Below are positions 19,331 through 31,281 of a stretch of DNA of 64,000 bases, piece by piece. Each line of letters opens with the position of its first letter. Within the stretch, counting starts at the first letter, position 1. The notes beneath the pieces were generated by a model, which did not search any database, was not told the DNA's origin, and worked only from the letters and a program-made list of their open reading frames with translations. The DNA lies in NCBI GenBank assembly GCA_027010265.1, contig JALVCE010000116.1, positions 1,626-65,625 on the forward strand. The letters are read 5' to 3'. A program made the position numbers and the translations under genes. This DNA comes from Chromatiales bacterium (GTDB lineage Bacteria; Pseudomonadota; Gammaproteobacteria; SZUA-152).

Positions 19331-21604
19331 TCAGTCGTCGTTCACTCCGTTAAACTCGCTGGCGACAATGCTGTCCACCCGCTGAAAGCCCCGCGGCAGT
19401 TTGGCACCCCGCCGGCCACGTTCCCCCGCGTAGTGTTCGATATCCTTTGGCTTGAGGGTCAAATGCCGCTTGCCGGAATAAATGGTCAGGCTGCCGCCCG
19501 CGGGGATCACCGCAATATCCACCACAAACTCCTCACGATTGGCCACCCGCGCCGAGGGGATGCCGATGATCTTGTTGCCCTTGCCCTTGGCCATCTCAGG
19601 CAACTCACTCAAAGGAATCACCAGCATGCGCCCCTCGGTGGTCACCGCCACGATGCGATCGGTTTTTACGTCGTTGACCCGGCAGGCATGTAACACCCGC
19701 GCCCCCTTGGGCAGGCGCAACAGGGCCTTGCCGGACTTGTTCTTGGCGTACATGTTCTCCAGCTGGGTGACGAAACCATAACCCGCATCACTGGCCAGCA
19801 GGAAACGATCACTGCCCTTGCCCGACAGCACGTCCACGAAGGCCGCCGCGTCCGGTGGCGTCACCCGCCCGGTCAGCGGCTCGCCCTGGCCCCGCGCCGA
19901 GGGCAGGGTGTGGGCCGGAATCGAATAGGAGCGCCCGCTGGCATCGAGAAACACCGCCAGCTGATTGCTGCGCCCCTGGGCCGCGGCCTTGAAGCCGTCA
20001 CCCGCCTTGTAATTCAACCCGGCGGCATCCACCTCGTGGCCCTTAGCGGCGCGCACCCAGCCCTTCTCCGAGAGCACAATGGTGATGGGCTCTGCGCTGA
20101 TCAGCGCGGTCTCGTCCAGGGCCTGGGCCGCGGCGCGCTCGACGATGGGCGAACGGCGCGCATCGCCATATTCCTCGGCATCCGCCAGCAGTTCCTTCTT
20201 CACCAGGGTCTTCAGCCGCGCCTTGGAGCCCAGGGTCTTTTCCAGCTGTTCGCGCTCCGCCGCCAGTTCTTCCTGCTCGGCGCGGATTTTCATTTCTTCC
20301 AGACGCGCCAACTGACGCAGTTTGGTATCGAGGATGTAATCGGCCTGTTCCTCGCTGAGCTTGAAACGCTTCATCAGCACCAGCTTGGGCTCGTCCTCGC
20401 TGCGGATGATTTTGATGACCTCGTCCAGATTCAGAAACGCGATGAGCAAACCATCCAGCAAATGCAGGCGACGCTTGACCTTTTCCAATCGATATTCCAG
20501 GCGCCGGCGCACGGTGTCGGTGCGGAACACCAGCCACTCCTTCAACAGGCTGCGCAGGTCCTTCACCTGCGGCTTGCCGTCCAGGCCGATGACATTCATG
20601 TTGACGCGATAGGTGCGTTCCAGATCCGTGGTGGCAAACAGGTGCGCCATCAATTCATCGAGATCCACGCGATTGGAACGCGGCACGATCACCAGCCGGG
20701 TGGGATTTTCGTGATCGGACTCGTCACGCAGGTCCTCCACCATGGGCAGCTTCTTCGCCGTCATCTGCGCGGCGATCTGCTCCAGCACCTTGTTGCCCGA
20801 CACCTGGTGCGGCAGCGCCGTCACCACCACCGCGCCGTCTTCTTTCTCCCACACTGCGCGCATGCGCACCGAACCGCCGCCCTTCTCGTACATGGCCAGC
20901 AATTCATTGCGCGGCGTGATGATCTCCGCCTCGGTGGGATAATCCGGCCCCTGCACATGCTCGCACAACTCCGCCACCGTGGCCTTGGGCGCATCCAGCA
21001 GGTGCACGCAGGCCGCCACCACCTCGCGCAAATTGTGCGGCGGTATATCCGTGGCCATGCCCACCGCGATGCCCGTGGTGCCGTTCAGCAACAGATTCGG
21101 GACCCGCGCCGGCAACACCGACGGCTCCTCCAACGTCGCATCGAAATTGGGTACCCAGTCCACCGTACCCTGCCCCACTTCCGAGAGCAGCAACTCCGAA
21201 TACTTCGCCAACCGCGACTCCGTGTAACGCATGGCCGCGAAGGACTTGGGATCATCCGGCGCCCCCCAGTTGCCCTGCCCGTCCACCAGCGGATAACGGT
21301 AGGAAAACGGCTGCGCCATCAACACCATGGCCTCGTAACAGGCCGAGTCACCGTGCGGGTGGAACTTGCCCAGGACATCACCCACCGTACGCGCCGATTT
21401 CTTGTACTTGGCCCCGGCCTTCAGCCCCAGTTCGGACATGGCGTAGACGATGCGTCGTTGCACGGGTTTCAGACCGTCGCCGATGTGTGGCAGGGCGCGA
21501 TCCATGATCACGTACATGGAGTAATTTAAGTAGGCGTTCTCAGTGAAGATGCTGAGGGGTTGTTGTTCTACGCCTTCGTAGTTTAGTTCGGTTGTTTGTG
21601 TCAT
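19331..21604 (-). CDS. parC: DNA topoisomerase IV subunit A
   Basis: [28 protein letters not shown], and the AAMRYTE active-site Tyr region. Paired with parE upstream. Start taken at [11 protein letters not shown]. Confidence 0.95.
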   Translation of the reverse strand: MTQTTELNYEGVEQQPLSIFTENAYLNYSMYVIMDRALPHIGDGLKPVQRRIVYAMSELGLKAGAKYKKSARTVGDVLGKFHPHGDSACYEAMVLMAQPFSYRYPLVDGQGNWGAPDDPKSFAAMRYTESRLAKYSELLLSEVGQGTVDWVPNFDATLEEPSVLPARVPNLLLNGTTGIAVGMATDIPPHNLREVVAACVHLLDAPKATVAELCEHVQGPDYPTEAEIITPRNELLAMYEKGGGSVRMRAVWEKEDGAVVVTALPHQVSGNKVLEQIAAQMTAKKLPMVEDLRDESDHENPTRLVIVPRSNRVDLDELMAHLFATTDLERTYRVNMNVIGLDGKPQVKDLRSLLKEWLVFRTDTVRRRLEYRLEKVKRRLHLLDGLLIAFLNLDEVIKIIRSEDEPKLVLMKRFKLSEEQADYILDTKLRQLARLEEMKIRAEQEELAAEREQLEKTLGSKARLKTLVKKELLADAEEYGDARRSPIVERAAAQALDETALISAEPITIVLSEKGWVRAAKGHEVDAAGLNYKAGDGFKAAAQGRSNQLAVFLDASGRSYSIPAHTLPSARGQGEPLTGRVTPPDAAAFVDVLSGKGSDRFLLASDAGYGFVTQLENMYAKNKSGKALLRLPKGARVLHACRVNDVKTDRIVAVTTEGRMLVIPLSELPEMAKGKGNKIIGIPSARVANREEFVVDIAVIPAGGSLTIYSGKRHLTLKPKDIEHYAGERGRRGAKLPRGFQRVDSIVASEFNGVNDD

Positions 21605-21793
21605 TGCTCTGCTTTTTGTTGGGCGGGCATTGCCCACCGGTTAATCTATGTGACTTGAATAGTGGACAGTGCCCAGCCTACTTACTTTCTATTCACCAAA
21701 TCAAAGGATTGGCAATTATACGAACAAGCACTAAAAGGAATAGCCCAAAAAATAAACAATAACCTTGGATTGGAACGAGCCAATTCTTTTGGC

Positions 21794-22135
21794 CTAACAA
21801 CCCACTAATCCATTCATCATATATTTTGGCAATTCCTTTAAAAAACGTATCTTCTTATTTGCCAACCTAGCTTCTTCTTTTTTCCAGCGATATTCATCTG
21901 ACACATTACGCAGCAATTTCAAACCTGCAGCACCAGATACCACCAACAGAAGCCAGCCCAGAGATTGCAGAAGAAAAACATACACGTAAGATGTTTTCAC
22001 AGGAAATTGCATGCTAAGAGCCAGGATTGAAAATGTAAGCGGCACCACATACAGCTCAGCTTTCATAGCATATGCTGAAAGCGCCTCTATCTCTCGTTTT
22101 TCAGAGTCAGTTTTTTCGTTATTATTTTCTGACAT
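21794..22135 (-). CDS. orphan small membrane protein in a low-GC insert
   Basis: 113 aa from ATG 22135 (GGAG upstream). Two predicted TM helices (LYVVPLTFSILALSMQFPV and VYVFLLQSLGWLLLVVSGAAGL). Local GC is clearly below the flanks. No family recognised. Confidence 0.5.
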   Translation of the reverse strand: MSENNNEKTDSEKREIEALSAYAMKAELYVVPLTFSILALSMQFPVKTSYVYVFLLQSLGWLLLVVSGAAGLKLLRNVSDEYRWKKEEARLANKKIRFLKELPKYMMNGLVGC

Positions 22136-22269
22136 ATTCAAGCCCACTCCATTTTGATCTAGCACTGATCCTGCGGATTTTGAGAACCAAAATGCACGCC
22201 AACAATACTTACAATTTGTACACGTTCCGCAGCTAACCGTTCGGTTGTTTTAATTATTTCCTGGCGAAA

Positions 22270-23090
22270 GCTGCGTGTTCATTCGGCACATCCCTGTGCC
22301 TCACCCTTCGGGCGACCTTTGGTCGTGCGAAACGGCTCCTGCCGTTTCGTCATTTTCTTTGCTTGTGCAAAGAAAACAGAACCAAAAGAAAGGGCACCCT
22401 ACGATTTGGTCGCTTCGCGACTTCCCTGCGCTTCTCGCCTCCATTGGCGCAAAAATAAACTCGCTCGCTTCGCTCCCTCAGACAACAATTGCTTCCTCCA
22501 ATGAAGGCTGCGATGCTCGGCTGCATCGAAGGGACTAAGGTCAACATCAAAACCTAAAACCATCGCACCCCAGTACCTCCTACCGTCATGCCGGACTTGA
22601 TCCGGCATCCAGAATGTCGTTTAAATCTCCTGGATTCCGGCCTTCGCCGGAATGACGGAAGACAGAAAATCCGGTTTTGCTTTTGACCTTCCTCCCTTTG
22701 TGTTGCACCGAGCACCGCAGTCCTTTGCGGAAAGGCCCGAAGGGGCGCGGCAAGGATGCCGCGCGTTTTTCACGGGCCAGGGATGGCCCGTTGAAAAACC
22801 CCCGCAAAGGATGAGGAGCGCAGGGTACCCCGGAGGGGTGCAATACAGGGCGGCCTTTCTTTTGGTTACTTTTCTTTGGCCGTGCAAAGAAAAGTGACTC
22901 GCAGCCCTTCTCCAAAAAATAAAACACCCCCTGCACCATCAAGGCTGAGAACCCTCGCACACACCTTCAAACGCTCCAATGTAACGCGTGGGCACAAATA
23001 ACGTGCCCACCCTACGATCTGGATTCCGGCCTTCGCCGGAATGACGACAGGGGTGTTAAATTGCATTCCATAAAATATAACGAAAGCCGG
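22270..23090. repeat. thicket of intergenic repeat elements between the orphan ORF and parE
   Basis: Two inverted copies of a 40-nt-plus element (22353-22394 and 22854-22893). A REP pair (22583-22612 and 22630-22658). A GTGGGCAC hairpin (22988-23016). A solo REP (23019-47). All ORFs here translate repeats (e.g. VIPAKAGIQ). Confidence 0.85.
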
Positions 23091-23091
23091 C

Positions 23092-25029
<1,938 letters not shown>

Positions 25030-25178
25030 TTACCCGTCCCGGCGTCACGAGGCGAGCCTCACCATGATGCCGCTCATGCCGTCAATCACGTCTCCTGGAA
25101 TGTCCATATCGCACCTAAAGAGAAGCGGGTAATTGCCGATAACCGTTTGAGAATAAGGTACTTAGCAACATCCCGCGG

Positions 25179-27731
25179 ATGAATGAACTCATCAGAATGA
25201 ACCCAGCGAACTCGACAAACACGCTCTTCAACAACCTATTCCGGTTTCGCGACTGGAGTGTGCGCCGCAAGATCAGTGTCGGCTTCGGCGGTTTGCTCCT
25301 GCTCATGACCTTGGGCCTGGGTATCACCCTGCTGACACTTAACAATATCAAACGTACCGCCGCATCAGCTATCGAACTGCGCCAGCCCGCCGCCAACTAT
25401 TTTCAACGCCTGTCACAAAGCCTGAATCAATCCATTGCCCTGATCAATGGCTATTTACTGACCGGGGAGGCCGCTCGAAAAGCTGAATTCATAACCGTTA
25501 CCGAAGACATTGCCGATCGCATGGAAGGGGTTCGTCAGCACACCGTATTCCAAGGTCTGCAGCTCGAGGGGATAATAAACACCTCCCAAGCCCTGTTTCA
25601 GCAATTCCGTGCCTATGCCGATGAGCTGTTCGAACTGTACGACAACAATCAGATCAATCGTGGTCTGATAATAGCCAATGAAAAATTGAATACACAGGCA
25701 ATTCGTTTCCTGACCAATATCAACATACTCCTGGCCAGCAATAACATTGACGGGACCGACCCGAAAGCCGCCCAGGCCCTCCCCTTGCTGGAAGACCTGC
25801 GTTACAACTGGGTACGTATGATGTGGACACTCAGTTTGTACGTCAACAACCCAACCCAGGTGATGATGGAGAATTTCAAAAATTTTAACGAACGCTCAAT
25901 AGTGCTGATGGAGAAATTGCTCCGACTGAACCCTGACATCGGATTTGGTGAACTTGAAGATATGCAAGATGCCTACACCAGATACCAGACCGAATTACCT
26001 GGTGTGCTGAAGATATTCCAAACGGATGAATGGCGAGCCGACACGCACCTGTTGCGTACCCAGGTGCAACCCGTTACGGATCAATTGCAGAAAATCTTCG
26101 AAAAAACTGCCGACCAACTGCTAGAGTCTGCGTTCGAGAATGGCCAGGAACTGACGCAAACAATGTATCAGACCCGCATCTCAACTATCGTCTTCATGAC
26201 TCTCGGCTTGCTCACGGGCGCATTACTGGCGATCACCATCACCCGGGGCATTGTTCCACCCATCCAGAGACTGATGATTGCGGCGGGGCAAGTGGCCGAA
26301 GGTGATCTCAATGCCGAAGTGATGGTGACCAGCAGGGACGAAATTGGCCAACTGGGTAATTCCTTCAACACCATGACAACCCACCTGCGCGCCGCATCCA
26401 TGAAAGAGCAGGAAATGCTCGAAGAATTACAAGCCCTGAATCAGGGGCTGGAGAAACGTGTCGAGGAACGCACCCGGGAACTCGAATCCAGCGAAACAAA
26501 GATTCGCGCCATTCTCGACAACATCGGTGAAGGCATCATCGTCATTGATGAACAAGGCAAGATTGAATCCATGAACCCGGCGGCAGAGAGAATCTTCAGC
26601 TTCAGGGAAGCTGATGCCATAGGGCTTAATGCCGCCTTGCTCATTGCCATTAGCGATGATGACGGCCTCAGTGAGCGGGAGGAATACAGTGATTTAACGG
26701 ATGGCATCTTCAAAAGCAGCGATGATCGGCAACCGCACGAATGCCAGGGTCAGCGCTCCGATGGCAGCACCTTCCCTCTGGAATTCGTGGTCTCCACCAT
26801 GAATGTCGATGGCAAACTGTTGCGCGTGTGCATCCTACGCGACGTCACGGCCCGCAAAGAGACCGAGGCCAGCCTGGCAGAGGCACAAAACCAGTTGGTG
26901 GATGCAGCGCATAAGTCGGGCATGGCCGACATGGCCACAGGCGTATTGCACAACATTGGCAATATCCTCAATAGCGTCAACCTCTCCGGCGAGGAAATCC
27001 AGCGCACCGCAAAAAACAGCAAGATCGCCGGCCTGTTGAAGGCCAACGACCTGTTACTCCAGCACCAGGACAACATGGGTGAATTTCTCACCCAGGATGC
27101 ACGAGGCAAGAAGCTACCGGACTACTACATCAAGATGGGCAAGGTGCTCAACGATGAAATCGATACCATCAAACAGGAGTCTCAGGAGCTGATCAAAAAG
27201 ACCACCATGATGAAGGAGGTCATCAACACCCAGCAGGCCTATGCCAAAACAGGATTCCATTCCGAACAACTAAACCTGCCTGAACTGATAGAAGATGCGC
27301 TGAAAATTCAACAGGCCTCACTAAAAAAATGGGGCGTCAGATTAACAAAGGAGTATGCCGATACTCCACCCTGTACGGGTCAAAAGTCCAAGCTCCTGCA
27401 GGTTATCACTAACCTGATCAAAAATGCCAAGGAAGCCATGAACGATAATGACCAATTCAACCGCCCCAAGGAACTGGTAATCGAAACCGGCACACTGAAC
27501 AATCATGCCGCCTATCTCAAGGTCAAGGACAATGGTTGCGGCATCAGCCCGGATCAACTCAACAAGATTTTCAATCATGGCTTTACTACCAAGGAATCAG
27601 GCCACGGTTTTGGCCTGCACAGCAGTGCCAATGCCATGACAGAAATGCATGGCAGCCTGAAAGTGGACAGTGACGGGGTTCAGAAAGGCGCCTGTTTTAC
27701 CGTTACCATACCCATTGAACAATCAACATAA
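25179..27731 (+). CDS. membrane sensor histidine kinase (helical periplasmic sensor, HAMP, PAS, HK)
   Basis: 850 aa. Two TM segments flank a roughly 300-aa sensor domain. HAMP (IQRLMIAAGQVAEGDLNAEV...IGQLGNSFNTM). PAS (ILDNIGEGIIVIDEQGKIESMNPAAERIF). H-box MATGVLHNIGN. N/G boxes LIKNAKEAM, DNGCGI and GHGFGL. Confidence 0.88.
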   Translation: MNELIRMNPANSTNTLFNNLFRFRDWSVRRKISVGFGGLLLLMTLGLGITLLTLNNIKRTAASAIELRQPAANYFQRLSQSLNQSIALINGYLLTGEAARKAEFITVTEDIADRMEGVRQHTVFQGLQLEGIINTSQALFQQFRAYADELFELYDNNQINRGLIIANEKLNTQAIRFLTNINILLASNNIDGTDPKAAQALPLLEDLRYNWVRMMWTLSLYVNNPTQVMMENFKNFNERSIVLMEKLLRLNPDIGFGELEDMQDAYTRYQTELPGVLKIFQTDEWRADTHLLRTQVQPVTDQLQKIFEKTADQLLESAFENGQELTQTMYQTRISTIVFMTLGLLTGALLAITITRGIVPPIQRLMIAAGQVAEGDLNAEVMVTSRDEIGQLGNSFNTMTTHLRAASMKEQEMLEELQALNQGLEKRVEERTRELESSETKIRAILDNIGEGIIVIDEQGKIESMNPAAERIFSFREADAIGLNAALLIAISDDDGLSEREEYSDLTDGIFKSSDDRQPHECQGQRSDGSTFPLEFVVSTMNVDGKLLRVCILRDVTARKETEASLAEAQNQLVDAAHKSGMADMATGVLHNIGNILNSVNLSGEEIQRTAKNSKIAGLLKANDLLLQHQDNMGEFLTQDARGKKLPDYYIKMGKVLNDEIDTIKQESQELIKKTTMMKEVINTQQAYAKTGFHSEQLNLPELIEDALKIQQASLKKWGVRLTKEYADTPPCTGQKSKLLQVITNLIKNAKEAMNDNDQFNRPKELVIETGTLNNHAAYLKVKDNGCGISPDQLNKIFNHGFTTKESGHGFGLHSSANAMTEMHGSLKVDSDGVQKGACFTVTIPIEQST

Positions 27732-27757
27732 AAAACTGCATATCGACGAGGCTCCGC

Positions 27758-28906
27758 ATGGGATACAACACACGCATACTGATCGTAGATGACAATGAGT
27801 CCATCCATGATGATTTTCGCAAGGTTCTTATCCACGAAATCAACGAAGATCATGCAGAGCTGGATGACCTGGAGGCAGAGCTGTTTGGTGACACCAATAG
27901 CGAAGAAGAAGAAACCGCTGGCGAGCTGCTGGATTATGAAGTGGATTCCGCCATGCAGGGCCAGGAGGCGCTGGAAATGGTGGACAAGGCTGCCGAGGAA
28001 GGCCGGCCCTATGCTCTGGTCTTCATGGACGTGCGCATGCCGCCCGGCTGGGATGGCATCGAAACCATCAGCCGGATCTGGCTGAAGCATCCCTACATCG
28101 AAATGGTGTTATGCACCGCCTATTCCGATTACACCTGGGACGACATCGTGGCCAAGCTGGGCAGCAGCGACAAGCTGCTGTTCCTGCGCAAGCCCTTCGA
28201 CGCCGTGGCGGTACAGCAAATGGCCCTCAGCCTGGTCAAGAAATGGAACCTGGGTGAGCAGGCGCGTAATTATGTGAAAAACCTGGAGCAGGAAGTCCAG
28301 CAGCGTACCCTGCAGCTCAAGGAGTTACTCAATGAGCTGGAGAAAAAGAATGCCGAACTGGCCAACAGCAACGAGCAACTCAAACACGCCTCGCTGCATG
28401 ACTCACTCACAGGCCTACCCAACCGCATCCTGTTTCATGATCGCCTGGCCCAGGCCATCAAACTGGCCAAGCGCAACAAGACCCAGTTTGCCGTGGCCGT
28501 CATGGATCTCAATGGGTTCAAGGAGATCAATGACCAGCGCGGACACCTGGCAGGCGACTTCGTGCTGAAAACCGTGGCGGACCGTATCCAGCAGACCCTG
28601 CGGGAAAGCGACACCGTGGCCCGCCTGGGTGGTGACGAGTTTGCCTTTGTGCTGCCCACAGTCAACCGGGAATCGCCGGAAACGGTCACCGAAAAGATTA
28701 TGACGGTCTTTAATGAACCCATCGTCATGGACACCGAAGAGGAACAGGTCTACGTCGGTGCGAGCATCGGCATCACGCTGTACCCTGACCACGGCGCCAA
28801 CATGGATGAGCTGATCGGTCACGCCGATGCGGCGATGTACCGCGCCAAGCGCGGCGGCAATGGTGTCTGTGTCTATGACAAAGACGAGGATACTGCCGCC
28901 AATTGA
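27758..28906 (+). CDS. response regulator with diguanylate cyclase output (REC-GGDEF)
   Basis: ILIVDDNESIHDDF...LVFMDVRMPPGWDG (acceptor Asp present). Coiled linker. Intact RLGGDEFAF with an upstream RESD I-site-like motif. Confidence 0.9.
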   Translation: MGYNTRILIVDDNESIHDDFRKVLIHEINEDHAELDDLEAELFGDTNSEEEETAGELLDYEVDSAMQGQEALEMVDKAAEEGRPYALVFMDVRMPPGWDGIETISRIWLKHPYIEMVLCTAYSDYTWDDIVAKLGSSDKLLFLRKPFDAVAVQQMALSLVKKWNLGEQARNYVKNLEQEVQQRTLQLKELLNELEKKNAELANSNEQLKHASLHDSLTGLPNRILFHDRLAQAIKLAKRNKTQFAVAVMDLNGFKEINDQRGHLAGDFVLKTVADRIQQTLRESDTVARLGGDEFAFVLPTVNRESPETVTEKIMTVFNEPIVMDTEEEQVYVGASIGITLYPDHGANMDELIGHADAAMYRAKRGGNGVCVYDKDEDTAAN

Positions 28907-28946
28907 TTCCGCTGAAGAACGAAAAATGAATGACACAGAAAACGGC

Positions 28947-30296
28947 TCAATCAGGACCGTTTTCTGTTCCACGATTTTGCAGACTCAGCTTCACACGCAA
29001 ACCGCCCAAGGTGGGGGAACGATCCAGCTGGAGGCCCCCGTCGTAGATTTCCACCACATCTCGTACAATGGCCAGCCCCAGTCCATGCCCTGGCGCAGCC
29101 TCATCGATACGCACACCCCGCTCTGTCAGGCGGGCAACCTCCGCTTCATCACACCCCGGTCCGTCATCCTCAACCACTAGCTGCAAATGCTGGGCATCAC
29201 CCTGTATTTCACAATTCACTTTTTGCCTGGCCCATTTGCAGGCGTTATCCAGCAGGTTGCCCAGCAATTCCAGCATGTCGTCACGGTCAAACATGAAGGC
29301 CATATCCGGCGCCTGCCAGTGAATCGTCAAATGCCGCTCATCGGCATACATGCGCTGCAGCATATCCACCAACACCGGCAACTCCTCCCGTGGCAGAAAC
29401 CGCACCCCAGGCGCCCCCTGCCCCATGAGTCGCGCCCGCTTGAGTTCCCGATCTATCAACTGTCGAATGGTATCCGTGCGTACCTGTAGTTCCCTGGCCA
29501 GCTCCGGCAGGTTGCGCAGCTCATCGCCTTGCGCCAACTGGGACAACAGGCTTAACGGGCCTTTCAGGGCATGGGCCAGGTTGCCCATGGCATTGCGTGA
29601 GCGTTGCAGGCGTTCCGCCAGCAGACGCAACAGATGATTCACTTCGCGCACCAGGGGCTGCACCTCGGCGGGCACCGCCTCGGTCAATTCCCCCACCGCA
29701 CCCTGTTGCAGATTCTTGATCTCCCGGCGGATCTGATCCAGCGGGCGAAATGAACGACGCACAATGTATTGCTGCACACCCAGCAGTACGATCAATACCA
29801 GCAGGGACAAGGCAGCAAAATAGCCGTTAAAACGTCGCATGCTGGTCCACAGGGGAGACAGGTCCTCGGCCACCGCCAGGGTGAAGGTCTGACCCTGTTT
29901 CTGAAAGCCTCCGGCCCACACCAGCAGCGGCTGCCGGCTTGGCCCCTCTGTCAGCCACTGCCGGGTCTCCCCGGGCTGCAAGAGCGACACCGCAAGGGTT
30001 TCATCCCACAGGGAACGGGAATACAGGGTCTTGCCTTTGCCCACCACCACAAAATAATGGCCGGAAAAGGGTTGGTGGTAAATCGCCGCCATGTGACCTT
30101 GAGCCAGCTGCAGCTGGCCCGTATCATCAACCTGTAAGGAGGACAAAAGGCTGTCCACATCATGGACCAGGCGTGCCTGTACAAACTGTTCACCGAATTT
30201 TTCAAAGGCGCCGCTCAACAACCACCACAGCAGCACAAGCAGGATCACCACACTGGCCGCCAGCCCTAGTTGCAGGCGCCGCTGCAGGGAATTCAA
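28947..30296 (-). CDS. two-component sensor histidine kinase
   Basis: 449 aa. Two TM segments. H-box NLAHALKGPL. LLDNACKW, EDDGPG and GHGLGLAIV. TTG start overlaps the stop of the upstream response regulator. Confidence 0.88.
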   Translation of the reverse strand: MNSLQRRLQLGLAASVVILLVLLWWLLSGAFEKFGEQFVQARLVHDVDSLLSSLQVDDTGQLQLAQGHMAAIYHQPFSGHYFVVVGKGKTLYSRSLWDETLAVSLLQPGETRQWLTEGPSRQPLLVWAGGFQKQGQTFTLAVAEDLSPLWTSMRRFNGYFAALSLLVLIVLLGVQQYIVRRSFRPLDQIRREIKNLQQGAVGELTEAVPAEVQPLVREVNHLLRLLAERLQRSRNAMGNLAHALKGPLSLLSQLAQGDELRNLPELARELQVRTDTIRQLIDRELKRARLMGQGAPGVRFLPREELPVLVDMLQRMYADERHLTIHWQAPDMAFMFDRDDMLELLGNLLDNACKWARQKVNCEIQGDAQHLQLVVEDDGPGCDEAEVARLTERGVRIDEAAPGHGLGLAIVRDVVEIYDGGLQLDRSPTLGGLRVKLSLQNRGTENGPD

Positions 30297-30973
30297 GTCT
30301 TGTCCTCTCGCTGGCCGATAAACACATAACCCTGTCCGCGTTGGGTGCGAATGGCATCACTGCCCAGCTTGTCGCGCAAACGACGTACATAGACCTCGAT
30401 GACATTACTGTCATGCTCTGCCTCGTCTTCGTACACATGTGCGGTGAGGCGTCCCTTTGAAAGTATCTTACCGGGATGGTTCATGAAATAGCGTAACAAA
30501 CGAAACTCGGTACCCGTCAATGGGTGACTGTTGTCCTTCGCATCCATGACTTCCTGCCGTTCCTCATCCAGACGAAGGCCCGCCACTTCAAGTGAGGCAT
30601 CGGCCCTACCGTCCCGGCGCCGCACCATGGCGTCGATACGCGCCAGCAACTCCTCCACATGAAACGGCTTGCCCAGGTAATCATCGGCGCCGGCGCGCAG
30701 GCCATCGACGCGTTCGTTCCAGGCATCCCGTGCGGTGAGCACGATCACCGGCACGGTGTTATTCTGCTTGCGCCAGTCCTTCAACACTTCCAGCCCAGGT
30801 TTTTTCGGCAACCCCAGATCGAGAATGACCGCATCGTAGTCAACCTCGTTGCCCATAAATTCCCCATCGACACCGTCGTGAGCAACGTCCACTGCAAAAC
30901 CGGCGCGTGACAAATCTGCCTTCAGGCCTTCTGCCAGGACTACGTCATCTTCAACAAGCAGCAAGCGCATCAT
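30293..30973 (-). CDS. OmpR/PhoB-family response regulator
   Basis: MRLLLVEDD...ILDLGLP receiver domain. Winged-helix LTGTEFRLLRYF...IRTQRGQGY. Confidence 0.93.
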   Translation of the reverse strand: MMRLLLVEDDVVLAEGLKADLSRAGFAVDVAHDGVDGEFMGNEVDYDAVILDLGLPKKPGLEVLKDWRKQNNTVPVIVLTARDAWNERVDGLRAGADDYLGKPFHVEELLARIDAMVRRRDGRADASLEVAGLRLDEERQEVMDAKDNSHPLTGTEFRLLRYFMNHPGKILSKGRLTAHVYEDEAEHDSNVIEVYVRRLRDKLGSDAIRTQRGQGYVFIGQREDKT

Positions 30974-31014
30974 GTCTTCCTTTCATCTTTCCCCTTTTCT
31001 CTTTTCCCTGCATC

Positions 31015-31281
31015 TACTAAGACAAACGATAACAAAGCCACATTCAGAGCTTCTCACACGTTGCGGATCAAGGCGCGTCCCGCAGGGAATGGCCCGCCCT
31101 TGCCAAGGGACGTAACGCCGAGCCGCAATGTGTGGGGCGCTCCCTTCGGGCGGGCCTCTGGACGGCCATCCGCAGCGTTGCGGCGGCTTGACAGGGAGTG
31201 GCCCTGCCGGCGCCACCGCGCCTTGCGGGCCGACCGTCCAGAGACCCGCTGAATGAGGCTTTGTTATCGTTTGTCTTAGTA
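31015..31281. mobile_element. MITE-like element: 31-bp terminal inverted repeats around a 205-bp GC-rich core
   Basis: TACTAAGACAAACGATAACAAAGCCACATTC (31015-45) and its reverse complement with one mismatch (31251-81). ATC on both flanks. An internal 10-bp inverted repeat CTCTGGACGG/CCGTCCAGAG. No credible ORF inside. Confidence 0.6.

Noticed and set aside
19910-21529. 539-aa + strand ORF
   Set aside because: Antisense to parC. It is a Gly/Arg/His/Leu-rich low-complexity translation typical of high-GC antisense frames. The parC frame has unmistakable family motifs.
22275-23066. Several 60-124-aa ORFs on both strands between the orphan ORF and parE
   Set aside because: They are translations of REP and other repeat elements (VIPAKAGIQ, FFACAKK/LWPCKEK-type peptides). 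No start or RBS context.
22270-23090. Possible CRISPR array, given the many short palindromic repeats
   Set aside because: The repeats belong to different families, are in mixed orientation with irregular spacing, and have no direct-repeat/spacer periodicity. No cas genes are present.
28938-28964. Hairpin GAAAACGG...CCGTTTTC between the convergent GGDEF and kinase genes, as a bidirectional terminator
   Set aside because: The stem is only 8 bp with an 11-nt loop, has poor U-tracts on both strands, and overlaps the kinase stop codon. Too weak to call.
31015-31281. Retron msr/msd-like or other reverse-transcriptase-associated ncRNA (long flanking inverted repeats)
   Set aside because: No reverse transcriptase or any accessory ORF is adjacent. 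A MITE-like element or a structured regulatory region is more parsimonious.
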